DNA of 63,493 nucleotides, filler included, from Octopus bimaculoides (taxonomy: Eukaryota), in the NCBI RefSeq assembly GCF_001194135.2. It is 7 parts of 5 records of this genome, joined end to end, with 100 filler letters (N's around TTAATTAATTAA, not from the genome) between each part and the next. Parts side by side here need not be neighbours in the genome. Positions count along the whole stretch, not along the records: positions 24,908 to 38,063 come from NC_068981.1; 6 more parts are not named here. The stretch is one strand, 5' to 3'. The notes beneath the pieces were generated by a model. It made no database searches. It was not told where the DNA came from and was given only the letters and a program-made list of their open reading frames with translations. This document shows, in pieces, positions 25,422 to 37,370 of this stretch. A program made the translations under genes and the position numbers. The number at the start of each line of letters is the position of its first letter. The stretch's first letter is position 1.

Positions 25422-26478
25422 NNNNNNNNNNNNNNNNNNNNNNNNNNNNNNNNNNNNNNNNNNNNNNNNNNNNNNNNNNNNNNNNNNNNNNNNNNNNNNN
25501 NNNNNNNNNNNNNNNNNNNNNNNNNNNNNNNNNNNNNNNNNNNNNNNNNNNNNNNNNNNNNNNNNNNNNNNNNNNNNNNNNNNNNNNNNNNNNNNNNNNN
25601 NNNNNNNNNNNNNNNNNNNNNNNNNNNNNNNNNNNNNNNNNNNNNNNNNNNNNNNNNNNNNNNNNNNNNNNNNNNNNNNNNNNNNNNNNNNNNNNNNNNN
25701 NNNNNNNNNNNNNNNNNNNNNNNNNNNNNNNNNNNNNNNNNNNNNNNNNNNNNNNNNNNNNNNNNNNNNNNNNNNNNNNNNNNNNNNNNNNNNNNNNNNN
25801 NNNNNNNNNNNNNNNNNNNNNNNNNNNNNNNNNNNNNNNNNNNNNNNNNNNNNNNNNNNNNNNNNNNNNNNNNNNNNNNNNNNNNNNNNNNNNNNNNNNN
25901 NNNNNNNNNNNNNNNNNNNNNNNNNNNNNNNNNNNNNNNNNNNNNNNNNNNNNNNNNNNNNNNNNNNNNNNNNNNNNNNNNNNNNNNNNNNNNNNNNNNN
26001 NNNNNNNNNNNNNNNNNNNNNNNNNNNNNNNNNNNNNNNNNNNNNNNNNNNNNNNNNNNNNNNNNNNNNNNNNNNNNNNNNNNNNNNNNNNNNNNNNNNN
26101 NNNNNNNNNNNNNNNNNNNNNNNNNNNNNNNNNNNNNNNNNNNNNNNNNNNNNNNNNNNNNNNNNNNNNNNNNNNNNNNNNNNNNNNNNNNNNNNNNNNN
26201 NNNNNNNNNNNNNNNNNNNNNNNNNNNNNNNNNNNNNNNNNNNNNNNNNNNNNNNNNNNNNNNNNNNNNNNNNNNNNNNNNNNNNNNNNNNNNNNNNNNN
26301 NNNNNNNNNNNNNNNNNNNNNNNNNNNNNNATATATATATATATACACACACAAAGTTGTGTATACTGCTTTCCGTCCTTATATATCACTACAGGATATT
26401 ATCATTGATAAAAGTAGGACGTTGTTTTTCGAGCAATCATTTCTACGATATTTACTCTGCATCTAGTTACAGACACTC

Positions 26479-26531
<53 letters not shown>

Positions 26532-26952
26532 AACGTCAGGAATTAAAACTGCAACAACAAATGGTTGGAAAGGAAAATATGATCGTGAACTGAAAAATCA
26601 AGCTTTCAAGTCGTCTCTCCCTCTTTATTGCGTGGCATTTATTTAATGTCGAGATAAAATGTTGCTTGGATCGTTGTCTGGTGAATTCCTTTATTGACGC
26701 ATTCCATTGTATAGAGAGAAAGGGGAAGCGCGTTAGAGAACATAAGACGTGTAATATATCAATAAATAAGCATTATATGAGCATGTCCTAGGCTTAGTGG
26801 AAGGCAAAGAGTTAGAGAATGTTACCCGTGCATAAAGCGATTGAAAGATACAGAGGGAGAGAGAGAGAAGAAGAAGTGTGAGTGAGAGGGAGAGAAGAGG
26901 TGTGTGTGAAAGAGAGTGGAAGAGAGAATTCCAAATCAGAAATCAAGAAGTA

Positions 26953-26983
<31 letters not shown>

Positions 26984-27839
26984 TGAGAGAGAGAGAGAGA
27001 GAGATAGAGAGAGAGAGAGTGAGAGATGATGATGATGACTGGTTATAAGGAACATGTATCATACATCAAAATGAAGCTGGTCCTCTGTGGATCCCATCCC
27101 TACTTCTCAACATAGTCACCGTTTCTCTCAATAAATGTAATCGACGAGTCCCCTCCCTGCAAATTTCAGGCCTTAAAAGGATTATTAAATGGAGATATCA
27201 TAGACATATGAAATATCGTAATACAATTAAAATTTAATTTATTTCACGTGTCTTGTTGTTTATATAAAATCATGAAATGAATACTAAGTTTTCATAAGAT
27301 GACTTTTTTCTATTACCTTAAAATAAAATTAAATAGAACAAATTTCTCATTTACATAACTCCTACCATAACCACTTTTTTCTTCCACTCCCCTCTGTCTT
27401 CTCCTCAGCCACCTCCTCCTCCTCAGCCACCTCCTCCTCAGCCACCTCCTCTTCCGTCTCTGTTATTCAGACTCTCACTGTATGCGTTTGTAGCTTTGTT
27501 TTACTCATTGACTGCCACCACGTCTAGTATGTGCACATATTCCACACCCCTCATGCTAGCTCTCTCTTCATCTTTCTCTTATCCTCTCTTCCCTTCTTTT
27601 TCACAGTGTAAAGCCGGACTAGAGAAACCAATCAACGAACCGGCATTTCTATCAGCTAATATTATATAGAAATATAATAATGACGTGTAATTTTTCCAGA
27701 GAAATTTTTCTTCGTCATTTTCTTTCCTTTCGAGATTTTATTTCTATTCTTCGATACCAGTAATACCGTAGGATAGAAATAATTGATTACATCCTTGCTA
27801 TCACGACTATATCATTCGAGACCCCCTTATAACAAAGAC

Positions 27840-27969
27840 ACCACCAATACCACCATCACCACCGCCACCACCACCACCACAACCACCACCATCATCATCA
27901 TCTTTATCATCAACATCATTACCAACATCATCATCTTTGTCATCACCATCATCTTTATCATCATCATCG

Positions 27970-28008
<39 letters not shown>

Positions 28009-28060
28009 CCATCATCATCATCATCGTCGTCGTCGTCGTCGTCGTCGTCGTCATCACTAT
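27840..28060. repeat. Compound (CAC)/(CAT)/(CGT) microsatellite
   Basis: Direct reading. Confidence 0.9.
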
Positions 28061-28876
28061 AACCTAATTTACTACATATTGCTCTTCGGCGCACACTGAA
28101 ACACACCACACACCACACACACACACACACACGCACACGCGTGCACGCTAATATACGCACACGGTCTCTGAGATAAGCACTCACATATCCACAGAGACAC
28201 ACATACACATACGGATTTACACACACTCACAAGTACACACAAATTCACTCGATCACACGTACACACACACACACACACACACATACACACACACACACAC
28301 ACACATACACACACACACACATTCACACAAACACACACACACACATCTACCCATCGACACAATAACCTCTGCCAACGCCGGTGACACAGGCAGAAAAAAA
28401 CCCACCAATGTTTATAAACGAGATGGACAACAGAGGGCAGCACTGTCTGATTAATAGAAATGAAATGATAAACAAACAAACGACCGCCCCAAACAAAACA
28501 TATATCCCTCCCCCTCTCCCTCTTTCACACGTTCACCACACACGACTAATAAACACAGTGGTGGGGGTGGAGACGGAGGGACAAAGTTTGGACGTGGTGA
28601 GCAGACGTAGTAGAAATAACAGTCAAATCCCTAAATCCCACCCAGTCGACTTCAAACAAGTGAACGGCACATTAGATCGCTGGTTCTCAACTGGCCTCCA
28701 CATTCCCCCCTCCCAAGGAGTCCATATAAAATTTTAGGGCGTTCACACAACAATTAGTGAATAAGTGGTCCAAAATAGTATTTTAAGGGCTCCTAAAAAT
28801 CTTTTGCTTTCGATGTATTTTGCTTTGGTATTGTATTACAAGAAACACCTTGATGTTTTTCTTTTTTATTTATATA

Positions 28877-29262
28877 GGTGTAGGAGTGGCTGTGTGGTAA
28901 GTAGCTTGCTTACCAACCACATGGTTCCGAGTTCAGTCCCACTACGTGGCAACTTGGGCAAGTGTCTTCTACTATAGCCTCGGGCCGACCAAAGCCTTGT
29001 GAGGGGATTTGGTAGACGGAAACTGAAAGAAGCCCATCGTATATATGTATATATATATGTGTGTGTGTTTGTGTGTCTGTGTTTGCCCCCCCCCCCAACA
29101 TCGCTTGACAACCGATGCTGGTATGTTTACGTCCCCGTAACTTAGCGGTTCGGCAAAAGAGACCGATAAAATAAGTACTAGGCTTACAAAGAATGAGTCC
29201 TAGGGTCGATTTGCTCGACTAAAAAGGCAATGCCACAGCATGGCCGCAAAAGAGTAAAGAGT
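28877..29262 (+). mobile_element. SINE family A, near full length
   Basis: GGAGTGGCTGTGTGGTAAG...GGTTCCGAGTTCAGTCCC...GGAAACTGAAAGAAGCCC(TA/TG)n...TAAGTACTAGGCTTACAAAG...AGAGTAAAGAG. Confidence 0.88.
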
Positions 29263-31653
29263 ATTTCTTTCTGCACCATTTTACATCGTTCAACCAGCAC
29301 AAGTTAATACAGACTAGATACTTTGAAAGAAGTTTCTAGAAAACTAGTTTTTAGACATCGAATGGCGATGGCGGAAGGGGGGGGGGGTGTTTGTGTCCAC
29401 CAGGATAGAATAGTAATCCAAAGGGGCCNNNNNNNNNNNNNNNNNNNNNNNNNNNNNNNNNNNNNNNNNNNNNNNNNNNNNNNNNNNNNNNNNNNNNNNN
29501 NNNNNNNNNNNNNNNNNNNNNNNNNNNNNNNNNNNNNNNNNNNNNNNNNNNNNNNNNNNNNNNNNNNNNNNNNNNNNNNNNNNNNNNNNNNNNNNNNNNN
29601 CTGGTATGTTTACGTCCCCGTAACTTAGCGGTTCGGCAAAAGAGACCGATAAAATAAGTACTAGGCTTACAAAGAATGAGTCCTAGGGTCGATTTGCTCG
29701 ACTAAAAAGGCAATGCCACAGCATGGCCGCAAAAGAGTAAAGAGTATTTCTTTCTGCACCATTTTACATCGTTCAACCAGCACAAGTTAATACAGACTAG
29801 ATACTTTGAAAGAAGTTTCTAGAAAACTAGTTTTTAGACATCGAATGGCGATGGCGGAAGGGGGGGGGGGTGTTTGTGTCCACCAGGATAGAATAGTAAT
29901 CCAAAGGGGCCCAGAGGTGAAAAAAAAAATAAATGGGCGAGAACCGCTGCATTAGATGATGCATCTGAAATGCGGTTAAAAGGACAGGTTGGTCGTAGCC
30001 GGAAGGTCTCTGATCTTAGTTCAGCTCGATTAGGACTGACTTTGGCTTAAATCGCAACGGTTACAAATAGCACGTCTACCACCACAACCACCACCACCAC
30101 CACCACCACTGTTAACATCCCCACAATCACCACTTCCACCAGCAGTAATACTATTAATACTTATACCACAACCGATACCACTATCACCACCACTAGCACC
30201 ATCAATTCTTACTGTAACATAGCCGCTATTACCACCACCTCCCCTTCCTCCTCCTCCNNNNNNNNNNNNNNNNNNNNNNNNNNNNNNNNNNNNNNNNNNN
30301 NNNNNNNNNNNNNNNNNNNNNNNNNNNNNNNNNNNNNNNNNNNNNNNNNNNNNNNNNNNNNNNNNNNNNNNNNNNNNNNNNNNNNNNNNNNNNNNNNNNN
30401 NNNNNNNNNNNNNNNNNNNNNNNNNNNNNNNNNNNNNNNNNNNNNNNNNNNNNNNNNNNNNNNNNNNNNNNNNNNNNNNNNNNNNNNNNNNNNNNNNNNN
30501 NNNNNNNNNNNNNNNNNNNNNNNNNNNNNNNNNNNNNNNNNNNNNNNNNNNNNNNNNNNNNNNNNNNNNNNNNNNNNNNNNNNNNNNNNNNNNNNNNNNN
30601 NNNNNNNNNNNNNNNNNNNNNNNNNNNNNNNNNNNNNNNNNNNNNNNNNNNNNNNNNNNNNNNNNNNNNNNNNNNNNNNNNNNNNNNNNNNNNNNNNNNN
30701 NNNNNNNNNNNNNNNNNNNNNNNNNNNNNNNNNNNNNNNNNNNNNNNNNNNNNNNNNNNNNNNNNNNNNNNNNNNNNNNNNNNNNNNNNNNNNNNNNNNN
30801 NNNNNNNNNNNNNNNNNNNNNNNNNNNNNNNNNNNNNNNNNNNNNNNNNNNNNNNNNNNNNNNNNNNNNNNNNNNNNNNNNNNNNNNNNNNNNNNNNNNN
30901 NNNNNNNNNNTACACAATTCCTCATCTCGAAAATATAGAATAGTATTATGTTAATCATTACGCCATGGTAGTCTCATACTATTTCAGTATAACAATGGTT
31001 GAAACGAAAAGCCTGAGATTTTAGGCCATGACTTCGAAATTTTTGCGTTACAATCCTATGCCTCGTAAAGGGTAACTCCTAACATCAACCTATATATTAT
31101 GCGATTCAATATTCAGAAAACTCGGTCGAATATGAATTTTGTCGTCCGATTTAAAAAGTTAGCAGATATCGATGCATTGTGGGAATCTTTTACAAAAAAT
31201 TCACAGGGAACCATCCTTTCGCATTTTTTTTTTTTTTGCATTATATGCACTTTCACGTGAACAGGTTTGTACATTTTTATCGGTATTACACCAGGTTGCA
31301 TTATATATCACTACATCTTTTGTTGGCTGCCGCCTTCTCTTATTTTTCAAACAGCGGTCATATATATCAGCCATTGACATTCCTTTATTTCATATCTTCG
31401 AATCAGTATTCCATATGATATCCAGATATTATCTCTGTAGGCTTATTAAATAACAATTTTCTGTATTTCAAGTTTTCATAATTGACTAAAGAGAGACGAC
31501 ACGAAATACTGCGTAACGGTTTTTAAACGACGGGCTTCTATCGAATTATGTAACACAATGAAGGTATTCAATATTCTCTTCTTCCTGTTGTTTAAACTCA
31601 AGTGTTTATATCTATCTGTCTGTCTCTCTGCCTGTCTATCTATGTGTGTGTGT

Positions 31654-31693
<40 letters not shown>

Positions 31694-31742
31694 GTGTGTG
31701 TATTTTATTTGTCTATATATTCTTCTGTGCTTTATTCTTCTA

Positions 31743-31932
31743 TTTGTTTCAATCATTGGACTTCGGACATGCTGGAGCACCGCCTTTAGTCGAGCAAATC
31801 GACCTGAGGACTTATTCTTTGTAAGCCTAGTACTTATTCTATCGGCTTTCTTTTACCGAACCGTTACGTTACGGGCACGTACACACGCCAAAATCGGTTG
31901 TCAAGTGATGACGGCGAGATACATACAGACAC
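31743..31932 (-). mobile_element. SINE family A, 3' half
   Basis: ATGCTGGAGCACCGCCTTTAGTCGAGCAAATCGACC...TAAGCCTAGTACTTATTCTATCGG. Confidence 0.8.
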
Positions 31933-32105
31933 ACAAATACATATATACATATATATAAATGCATCGCTTTAACTTGGTATCTATACCTATACAACGGGTG
32001 TGATATCCTGTTTTTTTTTGTGTGATTTTTGCTACCCATGATAACTATTAACATTTACATTGTCAAGGTTTTTTTAAACTGAGATAATATTAATATATAC
32101 ATAAA

Positions 32106-32141
<36 letters not shown>

Positions 32142-32775
32142 CATATTATGCATATACATATATATATATTATGTATCTATGTGCGTATATATGTGTGTAT
32201 GTATGTACGTGTGTGTGTTTGTGGGTGCGCACTTGCAATATACCTCACTGTCCTATTAACACCCAGAACCTCTTCCAGCCCTTACACTTTCCACCGTTCC
32301 GTTGCACTCAAGCTACCATGCACCCACTGAACGGCAGTCGGTCGGTGTGAAGCACTAACCTAACACAGCCCAATCAAGCAAGGGACCAGTGAAAGACCCG
32401 TATTACCCATCGAAATGGCTTTCTATCAACAAAGATTTTGATGGCACAATCTATGAATTTTGTATTCTGTTTAGAATCTGCTTGAAGCTATATGAACTAA
32501 CTCATCCTCACATGAGGCTTAGAAAAACACTCACCGACCTTGTATGACCGACCAGAAAATGGCGTCGTTCGACAAGGACATCAATTTATTGTCTGAAGTT
32601 TAATGAAAGACGTATTGTCAGATATCGGACATGTTGAACACAATACGTACACATCCACACTCAGACACTCACTCATAGGCGCGCATACAAACATTCCTGT
32701 ACGCTATAAGAAGTATTGAGTAATTCTTCAGTTTAGTTTTAAATTGTTTTTATTATAACTCAACTTAAAAACAGT

Positions 32776-32776
<1 letters not shown>

Positions 32777-32850
<74 letters not shown>

Positions 32851-32865
32851 GTCTATCTATCTACC
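32777..32865. repeat. (TATC)n microsatellite
   Basis: Direct reading. Similar GATA arrays at about 50930-51004, 51597-51650 and 61114-61148. Confidence 0.95.
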
Positions 32866-33078
32866 ATTCTCTCACAAACACACACACACTCTCTCTCTCT
32901 CTCTCTCTCTCGTTTTATGTATATATGTCACTGTGTGGTAAAAACCTTCCTTCCCAACCACATGGTTCCGGGTTCAGTTCCACTGCTTGGCACCTTGAGC
33001 AGGTGTCTTCTTCTATAGCCTTGGACCGACCAAAGCTTTTTGAGTGGATTTGGTGGACGGAAACTGAAAGAAGCCCGT

Positions 33079-33136
<58 letters not shown>

Positions 33137-33357
33137 AAGTATGGGGCTTTAGTTCACAGGTGATCTAAACGACTAGGTTCGCTGGGTAAGTGCTGTAACG
33201 GATTATTTGGTCTCCGAGGTTGTAGCCGAGACGGTAGTTATGGAGCCATTGTAGATTTTCGATATAGCAGATATGTAATTGTTAAAGAGGACAAGAAACG
33301 TTAAGGCAAGGCAAACATCTCAAGTCATATACGTTATTATTACTGAAAAAATTCAAA

Positions 33358-33413
33358 GTCTTACATCTGTTTCTTGGATATCCCTAATTATGGGATATTC
33401 CGTCATCGGAAAC
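33358..33413 (-). ncRNA. Hammerhead-like motif (CCGAUGA core)
   Basis: GTTT-CCGATGA-CGGAATATCCC-ATAATTA-GGGATATCCAA-GAAA-CAGATG-TA-AGAC. Confidence 0.6.
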
Positions 33414-33799
33414 AAATATGGAAAATGAGAAAAGTGTAGATTAATGAAACAACGATACAGAGAACAAGAGGAAAGGAATAAGAAAGAGAAGAAAAAAGAA
33501 GCATAAACGTTCACGGTTCAACTTTCCGATCGTGTAGAAGCAAGTCCGTAAGTCCTTAGGTGTAATCCTGTGTAAATCCATGTAGGTTGATGGCTATTTA
33601 CACTATTAGGACTTTAACCTATATGGATTTACACAGGATTACACCTGAGGGCTTACGGAGTTACTTCTACACGATCGGAAAGTTGAACTGTGAACGTTTA
33701 TGCTTCTTTTTTCTTCTTTCTCTTCACCTCTTTATTCCTTTCGTCCTGTCTTCTGTGTCGTTGTTTCATTAACCTACACCTTTCTCATTTTCCCTATTT

Positions 33800-33855
33800 G
33801 TCACCGACGACAGAATATCCCATACTCTGGGATATCCCGGAAACAGCTGTAAGAC
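33800..33855 (+). ncRNA. Hammerhead-like motif (CCGACGA core)
   Basis: GTCA-CCGACGA-CAGAATATCCCA-TACTC-TGGGATATCCCG-GAAA-CAGCTG-TA-AGAC. Palindromic ACAGCTGT stem III with a GUA triplet. Confidence 0.68.
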
Positions 33856-33937
33856 TTTGAATTTGTTTCCTATAACAATAATGTATATGACTTGAGATGT
33901 TTGTCTTTCCTTAACGTTTGTCGTCCTCTTTAACAAT

Positions 33938-33983
<46 letters not shown>

Positions 33984-34150
33984 TCTCCCGCCATCGCTTG
34001 ACAACTGATAGTGGTGTGTTTACGTCCCTGAAACTTAGCATTTCGGCAAATGAAACTGATAAAATAAGTACTAGGCTTACAAAGAATAAGTCCTGGGTTC
34101 GATTTTTGGCCGCAGTCAAATGACTGAAACAAGTAAATGATTAAATACTG

Positions 34151-34198
<48 letters not shown>

Positions 34199-34614
34199 AA
34201 TGTAGAAAATGGATTACTTCTGTAAATATAATGTTCAAATTTGAGCTTAAACTGTTATCGATCACTAATATGGTTTACGTTAAAGATTTTACATAGAATA
34301 TACAATCGAAGAGAAATAAATACTCAGACAGCCGCGTAGGAAATGTAAGATGATACGAACAACCGATTGAGTTAAAGCATTATTGATTTGTTGGAAAACA
34401 CATTATGTCAATACTGAAAGCAAATTTATTATTCTTAACTGCAATGAAAATAACAAAACAATATCTATACTATAATAAAGAAAGCTGCTTATTAATTAGT
34501 TTAGAGTATATAATTTTTAGTAAATTATTAAAGTCTACACTGTCTAGAAAATTCCGAAAATTCCAATTTTAATATATTTTTTTATCATAAAGTCCTGTCA
34601 TATAGGTTCAGGCT

Positions 34615-34765
34615 TGGCTGTACGGTAAGAAGTTTCTTTCTCAACCACATGGTTCCACTTTCGGTCCCACTGCGTAGCAACTTGGGCAAGTGTCTTTATA
34701 CTATAACCTTGTGTCAATCAAAGCCTTGTAATTGGATTTGGTAGACGGAAACTGAAAGAAGCTTG

Positions 34766-34766
<1 letters not shown>
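34615..34766 (+). mobile_element. SINE family A, 5' half
   Basis: TGGCTGTACGGTAAG...CCACATGGTTCC...CTTGGGCAAGTGTCTT...GGAAACTGAAAGAAGC then (TG)n. Confidence 0.8.
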
Positions 34767-34812
<46 letters not shown>

Positions 34813-34987
34813 CGTGTGTGTGCGTGCGTGTGTGTGCGTGCGTGCGTGTGTGTGTGTGTATGTGTGTGTGTGTGCGTGTGTGTGCTTGTGTGTGTTATGT
34901 GTTTTTGTGATTGTTGTTGTTCTCGAGTGTCTGGTATGTAATTGTATAATTTGTATTTCTATATTTTTTTTTTGCATTACGTGTAAG

Positions 34988-35072
34988 CATCCTGATGAAG
35001 GGATTGCCAGTTTTTAAAAATATGATACATACACCATATTACTTGGCACGCCTCCGAAACGGCCCATAGATG
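34988..35072 (+). ncRNA. Hammerhead ribozyme motif, canonical core, long stem-II loop
   Basis: CATC-CTGATGA-AGGGATTGCCAG...TTGGCACGCCTCC-GAAA-CGGCCCA-TA-GATG. Stem I CATC/GATG is perfect. Confidence 0.65.
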
Positions 35073-35490
35073 GAACTTTTAAATCTTTTTAATATTTTCG
35101 CCTTTAATATTTTTAATATTTTCGCCTTTTTAATGTTTCATCGTATCAAAATTTTTATTCCAACAATGCATTGTAACTTGTAAATTTAAAATTCACTGCG
35201 TTTTATATATCGTATCGATATCTATCCATTTATAAGTATTTTATATTTATATATTTTTATATTTATATTATTTGGAATGTTTATATCGATCTTATTAACG
35301 TAGAAGAATATACATATATATTGGATTTTGTATGTGGTTATTAATTATGTTCTTCTAGTTTCCGCTTACATTGAGTTCATTCGGATTGCTAAACGGAAAA
35401 TAGCTCAGTCGGAGAACTACAACTCAAGTCTGTATTTTATTTGCGAGTATTTTTAATATTAGCAATCTCAAAATAGAGCAGTGTATTATA

Positions 35491-35581
35491 CTAGCAGAAA
35501 TACCCGGCGTTGCCCGGGTTAAAGAGAATAATGAAATCTAAAAACGCCGTCTAGACTACGCATCATCTTTATATATAGAGA
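35491..35581 (-). mobile_element. 91-bp non-autonomous Helitron
   Basis: Minus strand A|TCTCTATATATAAAG...CCCGGGCAACGCCGGG hairpin...TATTTCTG-CTAG|T: TC start, subterminal hairpin, CTAG end, inserted between A and T. Confidence 0.8.
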
Positions 35582-36558
35582 TGTATATACACACACGCAC
35601 CCAAACACACGTATATATATGTATATCAATATAAATATATGAAAGTCAATGAAGTTTCGTAAAAGAAGGTGATCATGTACATACTTTCTTGCTGTTGTGA
35701 TTATAACACCTCATTATAAACTATGTTCCTTGTTTTCCCCTGTGGAACATATACAAATAGGTTTTTTGTTGCTGCCCACTCTTGAGCAGCCAACATACAG
35801 TTGTCCATGTGAGAAGCAGGNNNNNNNNNNNNNNNNNNNNNNNNNNNNNNNNNNNNNNNNNNNNNNNNNNNNNNNNNNNNNNNNNNNNNNNNNNNNNNNN
35901 NNNNNNNNNNNNNNNNNNNNNNNNNNNNNNNNNNNNNNNNNNNNNNNNNNNNNNNNNNNNNNNNNNNNNNNNNNNNNNNNNNNNNNNNNNNNNNNNNNNN
36001 NNNNNNNNNNNNNNNNNNNNNNNNNNNNNNNNNNNNNNNNNNNNNNNNNNNNNNNNNNNNNNNNNNNNNNNNNNNNNNNNNNNNNNNNNNNNNNNNNNNN
36101 NNNNNNNNNNNNNNNNNNNNNNNNNNNNNNNNNNNNNNNNNNNNNNNNNNNNNNNNNNNNNNNNNNNNNNNNNNNNNNNNNNNNNNNNNNNNNNNNNNNN
36201 NNNNNNNNNNNNNNNNNNNNNNNNNNNNNNNNNNNNNNNNNNNNNNNNNNNNNNNNNNNNNNNNNNNNNNNNNNNNNNNNNNNNNNNNNNNNNNNNNNNN
36301 NNNNNNNNNNNNNNNNNNNNNNNNNNNNNNNNNNNNNNNNNNNNNNNNNNNNNNNNNNNNNNNNNNNNNNNNNNNNNNNNNNNNNNNNNNNNNNNNNNNN
36401 NNNNNNNNNNNNNNNNNNNNNNNNNNNNNNNNNNNNNNNNNNNNNNNNNNNNNNNNNNNNNNNNNNNNNNNNNNNNNNNNNNNNNNNNNNNNNNNNNNNN
36501 NNNNNNNNNNNNNNNNNNNNNNNNNNNNNNNNNNNNNNNNNNNNNNNNNNNNNNNNNN

Positions 36559-36590
<32 letters not shown>

Positions 36591-36699
36591 TTCTCTCTCT
36601 CTCTCTCTGAAAGTATCTGTCATTACAGTATCGAAATGTGATTGTTTCAGTTAGTGGAATAGTTTCATTTTTAAAGTGAAAGTATTTGACATGAGTGTT

Positions 36700-36880
36700 T
36701 TTGTTTCACTTTTGACACGTAATACTTAAATAGTGGAGGAGATATTATGTTGCCGTGTGCTCGAACTCTGCAAGAAGTTAATAATAATTTTTTGACTACA
36801 ACACAACTGGAACCCTAAGTAAGGCATGTGTAAAATTTGAATGAAATTGGTTGCGTAGTTCTCGAGTTTTAGGGATTCAC

Positions 36881-36911
<31 letters not shown>

Positions 36912-36937
36912 CACATTCTCATTTTTATATATATAGA
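36700..36937 (-). mobile_element. Helitron-like element, 5' portion with (CTGT)n
   Basis: Minus strand A|TCTATATATATAAAAATGAGAATGTGTG(TCTG)n...ACTCGAGAACTACGCAACCAATTTCATTCAAATTTT. The 3' end was not found. Confidence 0.55.
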
Positions 36938-36985
36938 TATATATATATTAAGACCAACTTCACTTGTGCATCCAACAATTTATAT

Positions 36986-37076
36986 GGCACCTTGCGCAAG
37001 TGTCTTCTACTATAGCGCCGGGCCGACCAAAGCTTTGTGAGTGGAATTGGTAGAGAGAAATTGAAAGAAGCCCGTC

Positions 37077-37131
<55 letters not shown>

Positions 37132-37350
37132 CGTGTGTGTGTGTGCTTGCTTGTGTGTCTGTGTGCCCCAAAATCGCTTGACAACCGATGCTGGTGTGTT
37201 TACGTACCCGTAACCTAGCAGTTCGCTAAGAAGAGGCCGATAGAATAAGTACTAGGCTTACAAAGAATAGGTCCTGGGGTCGAATTGCTCAACTAAAGGT
37301 GGTGCTCCAGCATGGTCACAGTTAAATGACTGAAAGAAATAAAAGAATAA
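36986..37350 (+). mobile_element. SINE family A, 5'-truncated
   Basis: GGCACCTTGCGCAAGTGTCTTCTAC...GAAAGAAGCCCGTCG(TA)n...TAAGTACTAGGCTTAC...AAATGACTGAAAG. Confidence 0.85.
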
Positions 37351-37370
37351 ACGAATATGTATATATATTG

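Larger units (their letters stand above)
33129..33944. mobile_element. Foldback element: about 315-bp inverted arms (33271-33588 / 33616-33944), 27-bp spacer, one-sided about 140-bp extension
   Basis: GTGTAATCCTGTGTAAATCCATGTAGGTT versus AACCTATATGGATTTACACAGGATTACAC. Homology continues to TAATTGTTAAAGAGG / CCTCTTTAACAATTA. Confidence 0.9.
32931..34140 (+). mobile_element. SINE family A interrupted in its central microsatellite by a foldback element
   Basis: 5' half at 32931-33082 followed by (TA)n; (TG)n and 3' half at about 33947-34140. Confidence 0.8.

Noticed and set aside
29118-29911. 311-bp direct duplication (29118-29428 and 29601-29911)
   Set aside because: The copies appear identical, including an 11-G run, and flank an N gap. 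Most likely unmerged overlapping contig ends.
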